From an uncultured Verrucomicrobiae bacterium (GTDB taxonomy: Bacteria; Chlamydiota; Chlamydiia; Chlamydiales; Rhabdochlamydiaceae), in NCBI GenBank assembly GCA_963818965.1, contig CAWFUG010000011.1, forward strand, positions 32,001-96,000: DNA of 64,000 bases, given 5' to 3'. A program made the translations under genes and the position numbers. This document shows, in pieces, positions 1-14,258 of the stretch; the first letter of the stretch is position 1, and every line of letters begins with the position of its first letter. The notes under the pieces are model-generated. The model was not told the origin of the DNA, searched no databases, and was given only the letters and a program-made list of their open reading frames with translations.

Positions 1-972
1 GCCCTCCACCGCGATGGGACTGTTGTCCTCAGCGTTTCCCCTCCCGATTTCGAGGAAACCGACATCTATAAAAAACTCGGCTGCGATCCCCAGCTCGGAC
101 AACCAAAACTTGCGATCTCCAGCACGGATTGCTTAATCGTTCCTGAAGCGAATCGCCCTCCAAAAATGGTCGATAAGCTCGAGAATCTCAAAAAGATCGG
201 CGTCGGCGTATTGTCCCCTACAGCACAGGATGGGGAAACGCTATTTGTCCCTTTAAAAGAGGCACTCCACGCCGTGCGCACAGTGCGCGAACAGGAGCGG
301 TTTACCGCCCTTCCCCTCCCTTCAAAACCCCTCGCTGTTCTCATTCGAGATGAGATTCCCCAAGACTGGGCCCTTTTGGAAGAGATCAAGCCAACGCTTA
401 TCTTCCTCTCCCCTACCTCCAATCGCCTGCACTATAGTCGCCAATTTTTCGAGTGGTTGCAGACGCAAGGGATCCAGACACCTGTCATCTTAGGCTTCCA
501 CTACACCTGTTCTCGAGAGGATCTTCTGATCCAAGCGAGTGCAGAATACGGTGCTCTGCTGTGCGATGGCTTAGGCGATGGAATTTGGATCGACGGTCCC
601 TACGATAGGGAGTTTTTACGCCTTTTGAGCTTTAACATCTTGCAAGCTGCCCGCATGCGCAGTTCTAAAACAGATTTCATCTCCTGTCCGAGCTGCGGCC
701 GTACGCTGTTCGACTTGCAAGACGTCTCCAAGCGCATCCGAACCCGCACCGCCCACCTACCCGGCGTTAAAATCGCCATCATGGGCTGCATCGTCAATGG
801 CCCCGGAGAAATGGCAGATGCCCACTTCGGCTACGTCGGTTCCATGCCCGGCAAGATCGATCTCTACGTCGGAAAAACCTGCGTCGAAAAAGGGATCGAC
901 TTCTCTGAAGCCGATGACCGCCTCGTCGCCCTCATCAAGAAACACGACCGCTGGGTCGAGCCCGTCTCTTAA
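1..972 (+). CDS. ispG: 4-hydroxy-3-methylbut-2-en-1-yl diphosphate synthase (long chlamydial/plant type), 5'-truncated by window edge
   Basis: Frame open from base 1. C-terminal 4Fe-4S motifs ISCPSCGRT and IAIMGCIVNGPGEMADA; EYGALLCDGLGDG insert-domain motif. Confidence 0.95.
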   Translation, partial: ALHRDGTVVLSVSPPDFEETDIYKKLGCDPQLGQPKLAISSTDCLIVPEANRPPKMVDKLENLKKIGVGVLSPTAQDGETLFVPLKEALHAVRTVREQERFTALPLPSKPLAVLIRDEIPQDWALLEEIKPTLIFLSPTSNRLHYSRQFFEWLQTQGIQTPVILGFHYTCSREDLLIQASAEYGALLCDGLGDGIWIDGPYDREFLRLLSFNILQAARMRSSKTDFISCPSCGRTLFDLQDVSKRIRTRTAHLPGVKIAIMGCIVNGPGEMADAHFGYVGSMPGKIDLYVGKTCVEKGIDFSEADDRLVALIKKHDRWVEPVS

Positions 973-987
973 GTGAGGTTACCCAAG

Positions 988-1028
988 AGAGTCTCAAAAG
1001 TCGTCCTAGCACAGACTTTTGAGACTCT
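988..1028. repeat. 15-bp perfect inverted repeat downstream of ispG (hairpin, possible terminator or element relic)
   Basis: AGAGTCTCAAAAGTC (988-1002) pairs with GACTTTTGAGACTCT (1014-1028). Confidence 0.75.
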
Positions 1029-1114
1029 TCTGGTGTAAAATGGTTTCTCAAAATTTTCCCTTCAGTATTATACCCAAGTGTACGCTAACTTTCTAACAAC
1101 CTAAGAATCTTGGG

Positions 1115-1218
1115 AACTCTCTTCTTTTCCCTCCTCTCTGTGGTTTCCCCTCTCTGTGGTAATATTTTTTTCACCACAGAGAGGGGAAACCACAGAGAGG
1201 AGGGAAAAGAAGAGAGTT
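1115..1218. repeat. Long palindrome, ACCACAGAG family copy 1
   Basis: Perfect 46-bp arms (1115-1160 and 1173-1218) around a 12-nt loop. Core also found at 51808-51861, and a related hairpin at 48665-48715. Confidence 0.9.
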
Positions 1219-1240
1219 AAGTATAAAATGAGGTCTATTT

Positions 1241-2761
1241 ATGAACGATAAACGCTACGACAAGATTTTCCAACTCTCGCGCCATACAGCGCTTCTTAAT
1301 TCTGCGCAAGCCCTGCTCGATTGGGATCAGGAGACCTACATGCCCAAAGGGGCAATAGAAGGCCGTTCAGAACAGAAGGAATACCTCGCAGGGCTCATCC
1401 ACCGCTCCAAAACGAGTAAGAGCTTTGCCAAAGCACTCGATGCGCTGATCGACCTCAAAACGGGTGAGATCAAAGAAGACCGCCTCCCTCCGCCCCAAAT
1501 CGCAGCTCTGAGAGAATGGCGCCGGGACTACCTGCGCACCGTCAAGCTCCCCAACGCCTTCATCAAGCGCTTTGCGAAGACGACATCTACAGCAGCCCAT
1601 GTTTGGCAAACGGCAAAAGAACACAACGACTTCAAATCCTTCGCTCCCCACCTAAAAAAAATCGTCCTCTTGAGCAGAAAGCAAGCTGATCTCTTGGGAT
1701 TTAAAGAACACCCCTACGACGCCCTTCTCGATCTCTACGAACCAGAGATGACGACCTCCTTTCTCACTCCCCTCTTCTCCCAATTGCGCCTCTCCTTAAC
1801 GCAGTTGCTCAAAGAGATCGGAGGACAACCCGCCTTCGAAGAGGATTTCCTCTACCGCCACTGTCCCGGACACCAACAGATGACATTTGCCCACAAAGTG
1901 CTCCATCACATGGGCTTTCATCCAGCGACATCCCGCCTAGATACGGCGGCGCACCCCTTCTGCACGGGGATCCACCCCACCGATACACGCATGACGACGA
2001 AGATCCATCCTGAAAACATCCTCTTTAATCTCGGCGCTACGATGCACGAAGGAGGTCACGGCCTCTATCACAAAAACCTCCCTTCCGAGCACTTTGGCTC
2101 CCCCCTCTGTGAATCTGTCTCTTTGGGCATCGACGAGAGCCAATCCCGCTGGTGGGAAGTACTCATCGGACAGAACAAAGCCTTCTGGACCTATTTCTTC
2201 CCCCTCCTCCAACGAGAATTCCCGGAACAATTCTCCGCTGTGCCCTTTGATCCATTTTACTCAGCGCTCAACGCCGTAAAGCCTGGCTTCATTCGAATTG
2301 AAGCAGATGAAGTCTCTTATAACCTCCACGTAATCGTGCGTTTTGAGATCGAAAAAGGCTTGATGGACGGGTCCATCGACGTCAAAGACATCCCAGATAT
2401 TTGGAACGAAAAGATGCGCGAGTATTTAGGGATCTCTCCCCAGTTCGATGGGCAGGGGTGTCTACAAGATATCCACTGGTCACTCGGTTTTATCGGCTAC
2501 TTCCCGACCTACACACTCGGTAACCTCTATTCCGTGCAATTCTTCAATGCCTTTACAAAGGCCCATCCCCAATGGGAAGAAGAAGTCGCCCAGGGGTCGC
2601 TAGGATTCATCGAAAAATGGCTAAAAGAAAATATCCACCAGTATGGGAGGCAATACACCCCCCACGAGCTCTGCCAAAGAGTCACGGGGAGCACCCTCTC
2701 TGCAGAACCTTATGTGACGTACCTGACGAATAAATACAGAAAGTTATACGGGCTGAAATGA
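1241..2761 (+). CDS. Carboxypeptidase Taq (peptidase family M32)
   Basis: LLDWDQETYMP N-terminus, HPF, HEGGH zinc motif, DESQSR, IRIEADE, GCLQDIHW, GYFPTYTLG. Confidence 0.95.
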   Translation: MNDKRYDKIFQLSRHTALLNSAQALLDWDQETYMPKGAIEGRSEQKEYLAGLIHRSKTSKSFAKALDALIDLKTGEIKEDRLPPPQIAALREWRRDYLRTVKLPNAFIKRFAKTTSTAAHVWQTAKEHNDFKSFAPHLKKIVLLSRKQADLLGFKEHPYDALLDLYEPEMTTSFLTPLFSQLRLSLTQLLKEIGGQPAFEEDFLYRHCPGHQQMTFAHKVLHHMGFHPATSRLDTAAHPFCTGIHPTDTRMTTKIHPENILFNLGATMHEGGHGLYHKNLPSEHFGSPLCESVSLGIDESQSRWWEVLIGQNKAFWTYFFPLLQREFPEQFSAVPFDPFYSALNAVKPGFIRIEADEVSYNLHVIVRFEIEKGLMDGSIDVKDIPDIWNEKMREYLGISPQFDGQGCLQDIHWSLGFIGYFPTYTLGNLYSVQFFNAFTKAHPQWEEEVAQGSLGFIEKWLKENIHQYGRQYTPHELCQRVTGSTLSAEPYVTYLTNKYRKLYGLK

Positions 2762-2770
2762 GCATAAAGC

Positions 2771-2809
2771 ACAAAGCCCTGAGAAGCTTTAAGCTCCTCA
2801 GGGCTTTGT
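2771..2809. terminator. Hairpin between convergent genes, probable terminator
   Basis: ACAAAGCCCTGAG...CTCAGGGCTTTGT stem between the M32 and rpsI stop codons. Confidence 0.65.
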
Positions 2810-2832
2810 AGAAACAAACGCAATATGGAAAA

Positions 2833-3225
2833 TTAGCGCTTACAGAACTGGAAGCGTTTACGCGCACCAGCGAGACCGTATTTCTTACGCTCTCTCTTAC
2901 GCGGATCGCGGGTCAAGAACCCTAGAGCCTTGAGTTCAGGCCGACGCTCTTCACTTTCTTGAACGAGCGCTCGGGCAATCCCTAAACGAGCAGCCACTGC
3001 CTGTCCTTGGAGTCCACCCCCCGCTACGCGGATGAGAATGTCATATTGTTCCGGAGAAGAGACTTTCTGAAGGGGAGAGATGATCGTGTCTCTTTGCAAT
3101 TGGAGAGGAAAGTAGGTTTCGAACTTCTTCCCATTGACAGTTACCTGTCCTTTACCTGGGCGAAGGCGCACAGAAGCGACAGCAGTTTTTCTTCGACCTG
3201 TTCCGAGTTTTTCTTGAATTTTCAT
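2833..3225 (-). CDS. rpsI: 30S ribosomal protein S9
   Basis: [36 protein letters not shown]; directly downstream of rplM. Confidence 0.98.
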   Translation of the reverse strand: MKIQEKLGTGRRKTAVASVRLRPGKGQVTVNGKKFETYFPLQLQRDTIISPLQKVSSPEQYDILIRVAGGGLQGQAVAARLGIARALVQESEERRPELKALGFLTRDPRKRERKKYGLAGARKRFQFCKR

Positions 3226-3240
3226 AATTTACTTCGTGGG

Positions 3241-3690
3241 TTAAATGTTCACTGGAAGAGGCGCTTGTGCCTGCATATCGTGCTCATCGCCAGCGTAGAT
3301 GCGCAGTTTCTTCATCTGAGCTTCTGACAGTCGTGTCTTCGGCATCATTCCCTTCACTGCATGGCGGATGATATAATCTGGTTTGCGGTGCAGCATCACT
3401 TCATAAGGCACTTCGCGCATCCCGCTCATCGCACCTGTGTGGTAGCGGTAGATCTTCTGCGCCTGTTTCGCACCCGTTACGACGATTTTTTCAGCGTTGA
3501 TGATCACTACGCCATCACCTGTATCGACATGAGGAGTGAAGCAAGTCTTGTGCTTCCCTCGTAAAATTTTCGCGACCTCAGCGGCAAAACGCCCTAAAGT
3601 CTTCCCAGAAGCATCTAAGAGAAACCACTTCCTCAAAGGATGGGTCTCTTCCTTAGTGATTAAGATCGTTGTGTTTTTCTTCTTCGTCAT
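3241..3690 (-). CDS. rplM: 50S ribosomal protein L13
   Basis: WFLLDASGKTLGR, LRGKHK..FTPHVDTGD, AVKGMMPK. Confidence 0.98.
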   Translation of the reverse strand: MTKKKNTTILITKEETHPLRKWFLLDASGKTLGRFAAEVAKILRGKHKTCFTPHVDTGDGVVIINAEKIVVTGAKQAQKIYRYHTGAMSGMREVPYEVMLHRKPDYIIRHAVKGMMPKTRLSEAQMKKLRIYAGDEHDMQAQAPLPVNI

Positions 3691-3849
3691 GGATAAATGC
3701 CTTGAATTCCCTGTAAAAATAAAGGACCAGTCTACTGTCTCATTCTTTTTTTGCCAAGCGTTTTTCGATGGAATGTTATGGAAAATGGGGGGTAGGGGGA
3801 GCTGTAAGGTTGCGTTGATGGTTCTGTTTTTTGTGAAATAAATTTTAAG

Positions 3850-3887
3850 AAAAAACCCACCTTCCTGAAAGGGAGGGTGGGTTTTTT
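3850..3887. terminator. Intrinsic terminator with A/T tails on both sides
   Basis: AAAAAACCCACCTTCC-TGAAA-GGGAGGGTGGGTTTTTT, downstream of the 97-aa ORF. Confidence 0.75.
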
Positions 3888-3915
3888 GAGACTGCTTACT
3901 GAGATTTAGGGAATC

Positions 3916-4209
3916 TTAATAACCCCTTGCCTGTAGCGCGCCCATTACTCTTGTAAAGACTGCGTCACTGGAAGGACCACCACGCAAAAGATTCACAAAT
4001 CTACTAAAAAGTGAAAAGAACCCTTTTGAATTTGGCTTCTGAACAAATGTTCTACCGCACAAACTTGTGACATCCTTTGCGTTACACTTATCAGGATTGC
4101 TTGCTAATTTTAGCCACTCATAGCGATCCGAATAACCTAAAGCTGCGAAATGCTCCGGTGTAATTTGTGGAATTTTCAGGCTATTCAAGTTCAGGCCATG
4201 TATCGTCAT
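3916..4209 (-). CDS. Small hypothetical protein (low GC)
   Basis: 97-aa ORF with GAGGTG ribosome-binding site, AT-rich upstream region and downstream terminator. Confidence 0.65.
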   Translation of the reverse strand: MTIHGLNLNSLKIPQITPEHFAALGYSDRYEWLKLASNPDKCNAKDVTSLCGRTFVQKPNSKGFFSLFSRFVNLLRGGPSSDAVFTRVMGALQARGY

Positions 4210-4694
4210 ATAGACACCTCGTTTAATATTGTTATCTAGCTTTATTATACATGAAATTTATTTTAAATTAACCAATTATTAATAAATTATTTAAAATCAA
4301 AAGAAATTAACCACTTAAACACCAGAAACTCATCCAAAAAAGACATTTTCATAAACTCTCTAACCCACTAAAAACCAATACAAAAGCTCAGTAATTAACC
4401 CCTCTTTCTACACATACTCATAAAAAATTTCCCCAAGTATAATAACTCAACCCCCTTACCCTTGTATCCCAATAACAACCAGCAACTTAAGAGCGAAATT
4501 GACACCCAAACCACTCAGCGTCAAAATATTATACACATAACATTCCCCGATTACCTTTCTTGCCTCCTCATCTTCCCCTTCCCACTCTTATACACCCCGC
4601 GCCACACACCCCCGTACCCCCTAAAATCCCCACTTGCCAAAAGCTCTTAGCTCAGCTAGAATTGCCCCTTTTAAAGTCTTAACTTGAAGTTATT

Positions 4695-6096
4695 ATGCAC
4701 CCATCTATGAATAGTAAGCCCCTACACAAGCGCGAACCGAAGACCTTTTTCCTAAGAACCTATGGTTGTCAGATGAATGAGCTCGACTCTGAGATCATGG
4801 TGGGCCAGCTGGAAAAACGGGGCCTCCAGAGGATCGATGATGAGACGGTGGCTGACCTCTTGTTGTTTAACACGTGCTCGATTCGGGACTTGGCAGAGAG
4901 GAAAGTGATGGGCAAGATCGGGAAATTGGGGACGGGTCGCGCGAACCGCCCGATCATCGGGGTCACGGGCTGCATGGCGATGGCCAAAAAGGAGACCCTT
5001 TTCCGCAAGCTCCCCCACATCGATTTCATCATCGGGACGAATAATATCAGCGACCTCAATGAGGTATTGAATGAGGTGCTCGAAACGGGAAAACAGACGA
5101 TCCGCACAGCAGATCAGTTCGAAGAAAACCTCGACTATCTGATCGCAAAAAGAGATGACACCGTCAAAGCTTATGTCTCGATCATCCGCGGCTGCGACAA
5201 ATACTGCACCTACTGCGTCGTCCCTTATACGCGGGGTCAAGAGGTCTCTCGCCCTCCCGATAGCATCGTCGAGGAGTGCTCTCGCCTAGTCCAACAGGGA
5301 TATAAGGAGATCACCCTCCTCGGCCAGAATGTGAACAGTTATGGCAAAGACCAGCCGGAATGGGGTTGTTTGTTTCACGACTTGCTCTATCGTCTCGATC
5401 GAATTCCAGGGCTCGAGCGGGTCCGGTTCATGACCTCTCATCCCGTAGACATCACGCGGGAGCTGATGCAGGCGATTCGGGATTTGCCCTCTGCTTGTGA
5501 ATTCGTCCACTTCCCCGTGCAGGCAGGCTCTGATCGGATCCTCAAGAAAATGCACCGGATTTACACGGTGGAACAGTACCTAGAAAAAGTGCAGCTCTTG
5601 AGAGAAATCGTACCCGATGTCTCCTTAGGAACCGACATCATCGTCGGGTTTCCCACGGAGACGGAAGAGGAGTTCGAACAGACCTACGCGATTTTTAAAC
5701 AGATCCGCTACTCTGTCGCATTCATCTTCGCCTATAGCGCGCGCAAAGGAACCCCTGCTTTTCGTTGGAAGGACGACATCCCAGAAGAAGTAAAGCAGGA
5801 GCGGCTGCAACGGCTCTTAGCGCTACACCAAGAGATCTGCACAGAGGAAAGGCAAACCCTTCTCGGTGCTCAGCTCGAGGTCTTGGTGGAAAGGCGCAAC
5901 CGAGATGAAAAACACCTCAAAGGGAGAACCCGCTGCTGGAAAAACGTGATCTTCTCCGGAGAGGATGCGCATGATCGGCACCCTGCAACAGGTGAAAGTG
6001 ACGGGATATAGCCATCAGACGCTGATCGGAGAGGTGGACCAACCAGGTCAGGTGGCCCCACAAGCTCAAAAATTAGATCTCATTGCGTCCGGTTAA
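4695..6096 (+). CDS. miaB: tRNA-2-methylthio-N6-dimethylallyladenosine synthase, with an apparent 1-nt frameshift near 5970 in the TRAM domain
   Basis: TYGCQMNELDSE, NTCSIR, radical-SAM GCDKYCTYCVVP. The TRAM C-terminus (IGTLQQVKVTGYSHQTLIGE) continues in the +1 frame to TAA at 6094-6096. Confidence 0.92.
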
Positions 6097-7268
6097 GAAA
6101 AAAGAAGGTTGTCTGGAGTAATTCCCTTGAGGAATTCTTCCATCGGGATGACTGGAAATCCGCGATAACTCTCTCTTCTTTTTCCAGGGATGACAAAGAA
6201 GCACGTTGCCTCTGGGTATTCTTCCTTAAAAGCGAGTAGGGCCCGCGCGTCATCGGGACCGAGGTTGGCACTGCGCTTGACTTCGATGGCCCAAAATCCC
6301 CTGGGCCCATAAATGATAAAATCTACTTCGAGCTTGGTTTGGGTGCGCCAGAAAGAAAGGGAGTGGGGTTCGGTTTGTGCGAGGGTCCACTGCCGGAGAT
6401 GTTGCGCGACTAATCCCTCTAGAGCCAATCCTTCGATCTCTTGTGAGCTATCCAGAATCCCCTGAGGGCGCAAAATCCGATAGACCCCAGCGTCAAAAAA
6501 GTAGAATTTGGGATGAGCGATCAATTTGCGTTTGGCGCGCCTTGTGAAAACAGGGAGGGTAAAAGCGAGAAGGAGGTCTTCGAGAATTTGGAGATAATTA
6601 TCCACTGTCGCGCGTTTGACACTCGATTCTCGGCTGATATCCGTCGTCGTCCATATCGAACCATGAGAAAAACTCGCTACTTCTAAAAAGCGGGAAAAAT
6701 CCCCGATTTGACGGACTAGCCCCTCTGCCTGCACTTCCTCTCTTAAGTAGAGATGGAGATAATCGAGGAGGCGCTGTCCTGGATCTGTTGATTCCCAGAT
6801 GAGGGGGATAAGCCCTGTTTTTAGAGCTTTCTCAAGAGAGAATTGCTCTTTTAATTCAGAGGCGAGGAAGGGCCCCATTTGTCGCAGCAGCGCTCTTCCC
6901 CCCAAAAGATCGCTGACAGATCGGCGCAATTTTCGAGAGCTGCTGCCCGTTAGGATGTATTGAATCCCCTTTCTTTTTTCAATGAGAGCGTGAATTTCAG
7001 GAAGGAGCCTCGGCACTCTCTGAATTTCATCTAAAATGAGAGTGGAACCCTCTGGTAAACCATCGGCGACATCTCGAATTTTTTCCGGATAGGCGCTAAA
7101 GCGCCGCTCCTCTTCCCCTAGCAACAGATCGATCCGTACCGCTTCTGGGTACTGATGGAGCAGCCAGGTCGATTTTCCCGTGCCTCGCGGTCCCAGCAGG
7201 AAATAGCTCCCTCGCGGTGGGTTCAGGATGCGGGGGATGTAATGTGAATGTGCTACCATAAGTAGCAT
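6093..7268 (-). CDS. AAA_14-family ATPase with DUF4143 C-terminal domain
   Basis: Walker A GPRGTGKS, Walker B ILDEIQ, LTGSSSRKL, PKFYFFDAG, FWRT..EVDF..AIEVK. Confidence 0.9.
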   Translation of the reverse strand: MLLMVAHSHYIPRILNPPRGSYFLLGPRGTGKSTWLLHQYPEAVRIDLLLGEEERRFSAYPEKIRDVADGLPEGSTLILDEIQRVPRLLPEIHALIEKRKGIQYILTGSSSRKLRRSVSDLLGGRALLRQMGPFLASELKEQFSLEKALKTGLIPLIWESTDPGQRLLDYLHLYLREEVQAEGLVRQIGDFSRFLEVASFSHGSIWTTTDISRESSVKRATVDNYLQILEDLLLAFTLPVFTRRAKRKLIAHPKFYFFDAGVYRILRPQGILDSSQEIEGLALEGLVAQHLRQWTLAQTEPHSLSFWRTQTKLEVDFIIYGPRGFWAIEVKRSANLGPDDARALLAFKEEYPEATCFFVIPGKRRESYRGFPVIPMEEFLKGITPDNLLFS

Positions 7269-7276
7269 AATACATT

Positions 7277-7305
7277 GAAAAATGCTATTTGCGATAGCAT
7301 TTTTC
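7277..7305. promoter_or_regulatory. Palindromic operator-like site upstream of the DUF4143 ATPase
   Basis: GAAAAATGCTAT-TTGCG-ATAGCATTTTTC, perfect 12-bp arms next to the start codon. Confidence 0.55.
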
Positions 7306-7447
7306 TAACACATTGTACATCCAACTCATTATGAGCACGTTATGCCGAAAAAACTTACACCTTCGACGCGCTGCTTTTAAAAAGTTTCTTAAATTTAAAT
7401 TAAAACCACACCTGGATACACTACAAACAAAAAAAGGAGTTTTTTTA

Positions 7448-8491
7448 ATGTCTTCCATTACTCAATATGACCCCGCTATCTTTAGCACTCCGGCGTTCGC
7501 CCCTTCCCTGATCCTTTTAGCGACGATCTGTCGAGCATTCTTAACCCTTGGATCGAGGAGGCTCCCCCAGAAGAGAAGGATGGGCGTCTAGAAGCGACTA
7601 GCCGGATTCGTAATGTGCGCCGCCGTCATTATAGAATAGGAGAAGGATGCCAATCGAGGTTCCCTTTACCTGAGTTTGAGTAATTTGAAGTTAAGTAAGC
7701 TCCCCTCGGGGTTATTCGCACTGATCGAAAACCTAACAGAAGGAGGATTAGTACAACTCAGCCTCTCTGGCAACCGGCTAACAGCCATACCCTCTGAAAT
7801 TCGTTTTTTACCTGCACTAAAAAACCTCCACCTCTCTGGCAACCAGCTAACGGATGTATCTTCTGAACTGATTGGTTTTTTACCTCAACTAGAGGTGCTC
7901 AATCTCTTCCAAAATCAACTAACGGATATCCCCCTTAAAATTTTCTCTTTATCTAAACTAGAGGAGCTCAGTCTTTCCACCAACGCGTTAACGAAGATAT
8001 CCTGTAAAATTGGGCGTTTATCTACACTAAAAAAGCTCTACCTCTCCGGCAATCAGCTAACGGAGATACCCCTTGCAATTAGCCGTTTATCTGCACTAGA
8101 AGATTTATCCTTTAACAATAACAAGTTAACAACTATCCCTCCTATAATTGGCTCTTTACATGCATTAAAAGAGATCAATGTGTCCGATAACCAGCTAACG
8201 GATGTGCCCTCTGAAATGGGTTCTTTACCTAAACTAAAAAAACTCTTTCTCCATAGGAACCTGCTAACGGATATCCCCCCTGAAATGATGCAATTACAAC
8301 ATTCATGCCAGGTAAATTTAACCGAGTGTCCACTCTCACTAACAGCTCGCGTTAGAATTCAAAAGGAAATATCAGCTGCAGGGTATAACGGACCGAAGGT
8401 TTTCCATCAACGGCCAACACCCAAAGAAGTTGTTGGGGTAGATCTTTTAATGAAGTACTGGTTCCTTTTGGCGCAAAATCAAAAAGCCTAA
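7448..8491 (+). pseudogene. Degraded IpaH/SspH-like leucine-rich-repeat effector (N-terminus frameshifted, truncated before a NEL-type domain)
   Basis: RBS AAGGAG before ATG 7448. A shifted frame gives WIEEAPPEEKDGRLEATSRI; a further shift and an in-frame TAG follow. About nine 23-aa LRRs, then GYNGPKVF..LMKYWF and a stop 6 nt before a MITE. Confidence 0.7.
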
Positions 8492-8496
8492 AGTTT

Positions 8497-8644
8497 TATA
8501 CCCCGCGCACTTGAGGAGGGTGCATTTGAGCGCGTCGATCGGAAGTGGGGGTTGTATTTCATCAATACTACCCCCACTTCCGATCGTCGAACCCGGGGGC
8601 TTATGTACCGCTCAAGTGCACCCTCCTCAAGCGTTCGGGGTATA
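8497..8644. mobile_element. Palindromic MITE family A (TA-flanked), divergent copy
   Basis: TATACCCCGCGCACTTGAGGAGGGTGCATTTGAGCG ... CGCTCAAGTGCACCCTCCTCAAGCGTTCGGGGTATA, inner stem GATCGGAAGTGGGGG/CCCCCACTTCCGATC; homologous to 16541 and 40308. Confidence 0.85.
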
Positions 8645-8660
8645 GCCAAATTTTCGTTAA

Positions 8661-8696
8661 AAAAAAAGCGCCTCCCTAGAGGGAAGCGCTTTTTTT
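8661..8696. terminator. Bidirectional intrinsic terminator
   Basis: AAAAAAAGCGCCTCCCT-AG-AGGGAAGCGCTTTTTTT. Confidence 0.75.
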
Positions 8697-8716
8697 GCAA
8701 AAGATCGTCTTCTAGC

Positions 8717-9283
8717 TTACTTGTTCTTGCTGAAGCGCGCGATCGCGAATCCCGCTAAGAACCAGCCGATGACGAAATCGAGCAAGTTGAGGAAGACGTA
8801 CCAAGAAGAGAATCCCCACCAAGTGAGATCAGGAACTTGACTTAAGATCCCGACTCCTAGGCCGAATAAAGTGACAAAGCCCACTTTTCTCTTAAAATCG
8901 TTGATCTTCGTCTGCATCAACATCCAAGTAATGATAAAGGCACCAATGATCTGAGTGATGATCGAGCCAATAAAGGGACCGATCGACATCTTTCCAAGGC
9001 CATCGACGCGAACTGAAGCGAACATGAAAGGTCCATGCTCGAGCATTTTCACTCCACGGCGCATCTCTTTATCTGTCGTATCATTATTGTACTTCATTGT
9101 ATTGGGAAGAATATACATCCCATCTCCAGAAGTATTATCTCTAATAACATCTGCTACTTGAGTCTCGTCTTTAAATTTCTTGAAACAGTGCTTGTGCATG
9201 GGTAATGCCATCCAGGACAATACGCTCCAGATGAAGACAATTAACCCACCAATTATAGAACATCTAACCAAAGTCTTAACCAT
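8717..9283 (-). CDS. Hypothetical membrane protein (about 4 TM)
   Basis: 188-aa ORF with four hydrophobic segments and a GMYILP loop motif. Confidence 0.8.
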   Translation of the reverse strand: MVKTLVRCSIIGGLIVFIWSVLSWMALPMHKHCFKKFKDETQVADVIRDNTSGDGMYILPNTMKYNNDTTDKEMRRGVKMLEHGPFMFASVRVDGLGKMSIGPFIGSIITQIIGAFIITWMLMQTKINDFKRKVGFVTLFGLGVGILSQVPDLTWWGFSSWYVFLNLLDFVIGWFLAGFAIARFSKNK

Positions 9284-9374
9284 AAAACCCTCTAGTTGCG
9301 TGGTAAAGCAATCTATTATTAGATATAAACAATTGGGAAATTATATTCAAAACATTTTTTTACGACGAGGGAGT

Positions 9375-13521
<4,147 letters not shown>

Positions 13522-13721
13522 GTCGGGTCCTCAAATATTTTGTTTGGGTATAACCCAAACCCTATATCTGTTCAAGCTCCGAACGTGAATAAAAAACTCA
13601 CCAGGAACAAGCCCTTAACTAACAGAAAATCAACACATTAAATAATTAAAATAAAAAACAATTAATTAAAGAACTGATTATGTTATAATAAATATACTCA
13701 CAACTTTAATTAAGGAATAAT

Positions 13722-14258
13722 ATGTTCTCAACAAATTACCAGGTATATGGCACTTTTTCTTCTCCCTCAGAAACGTTGCAAAAAGAGCTCATTCGAACCA
13801 CCGAATGCTCTAAACTGTCTAGATGTCTAGAAAACTCTCAGCTCATGGAAAACTTTGATTCCACACAGATCGATGCGATGCATCCCGCTCACCAGGCACT
13901 CTCCCAGTTAACGGCAGCAAGAGTCGAGACGTTCCAAGGGAACATGTCTGAAAAAGTAACACTCTGCTCCCAAGCAAGACGAGAAATCTTCAATGTTTTT
14001 TCGAACATCCCCCTAGAACAACGCGCTGAACTCCCTACCGCCCTATCGTACCATTTCTACATCGCTCTACTGGGGAAGATCAAGCAGGAAGCCCAAACCC
14101 TCGCCTCCTCTCAGACACCTGAACAACTCGCTAATTATCTGAAACAAGAGGTGCGCCTAGTTTCTCAGTTTTTGAGAAAAGACTGCGTATGGGGAAAAAT
14201 TGCACAAGAAAAAATAGAACAGCTGGGACATAAAATCGTGTCCTCATCAGCTCTCTAA
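13722..14258 (+). CDS. Hypothetical protein (possible secreted effector)
   Basis: 178-aa ORF with AAGGA RBS, AT-rich promoter region containing an IHF-like AATCAACACATTA, and a Ser/Thr-rich N-terminus. Confidence 0.7.
   Translation: MFSTNYQVYGTFSSPSETLQKELIRTTECSKLSRCLENSQLMENFDSTQIDAMHPAHQALSQLTAARVETFQGNMSEKVTLCSQARREIFNVFSNIPLEQRAELPTALSYHFYIALLGKIKQEAQTLASSQTPEQLANYLKQEVRLVSQFLRKDCVWGKIAQEKIEQLGHKIVSSSAL

Noticed and set aside
1115..1218. CRISPR array, suggested by repeated CTCTGTGGT units here and at 48632 and 51808
   Set aside because: The units are inverted or directly adjacent, with no unique spacers and no cas genes.
4210..4694. ncRNA or gene (62-aa ORF 4462-4650) in the A/C-rich intergenic region
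   Set aside because: Low-complexity skewed sequence with no recognisable fold or protein motif; best explained as a divergent promoter region.
6093..7268. Novel defence system centred on the AAA ATPase
   Set aside because: Solitary AAA_14-DUF4143 genes are widespread and no partner gene is adjacent.
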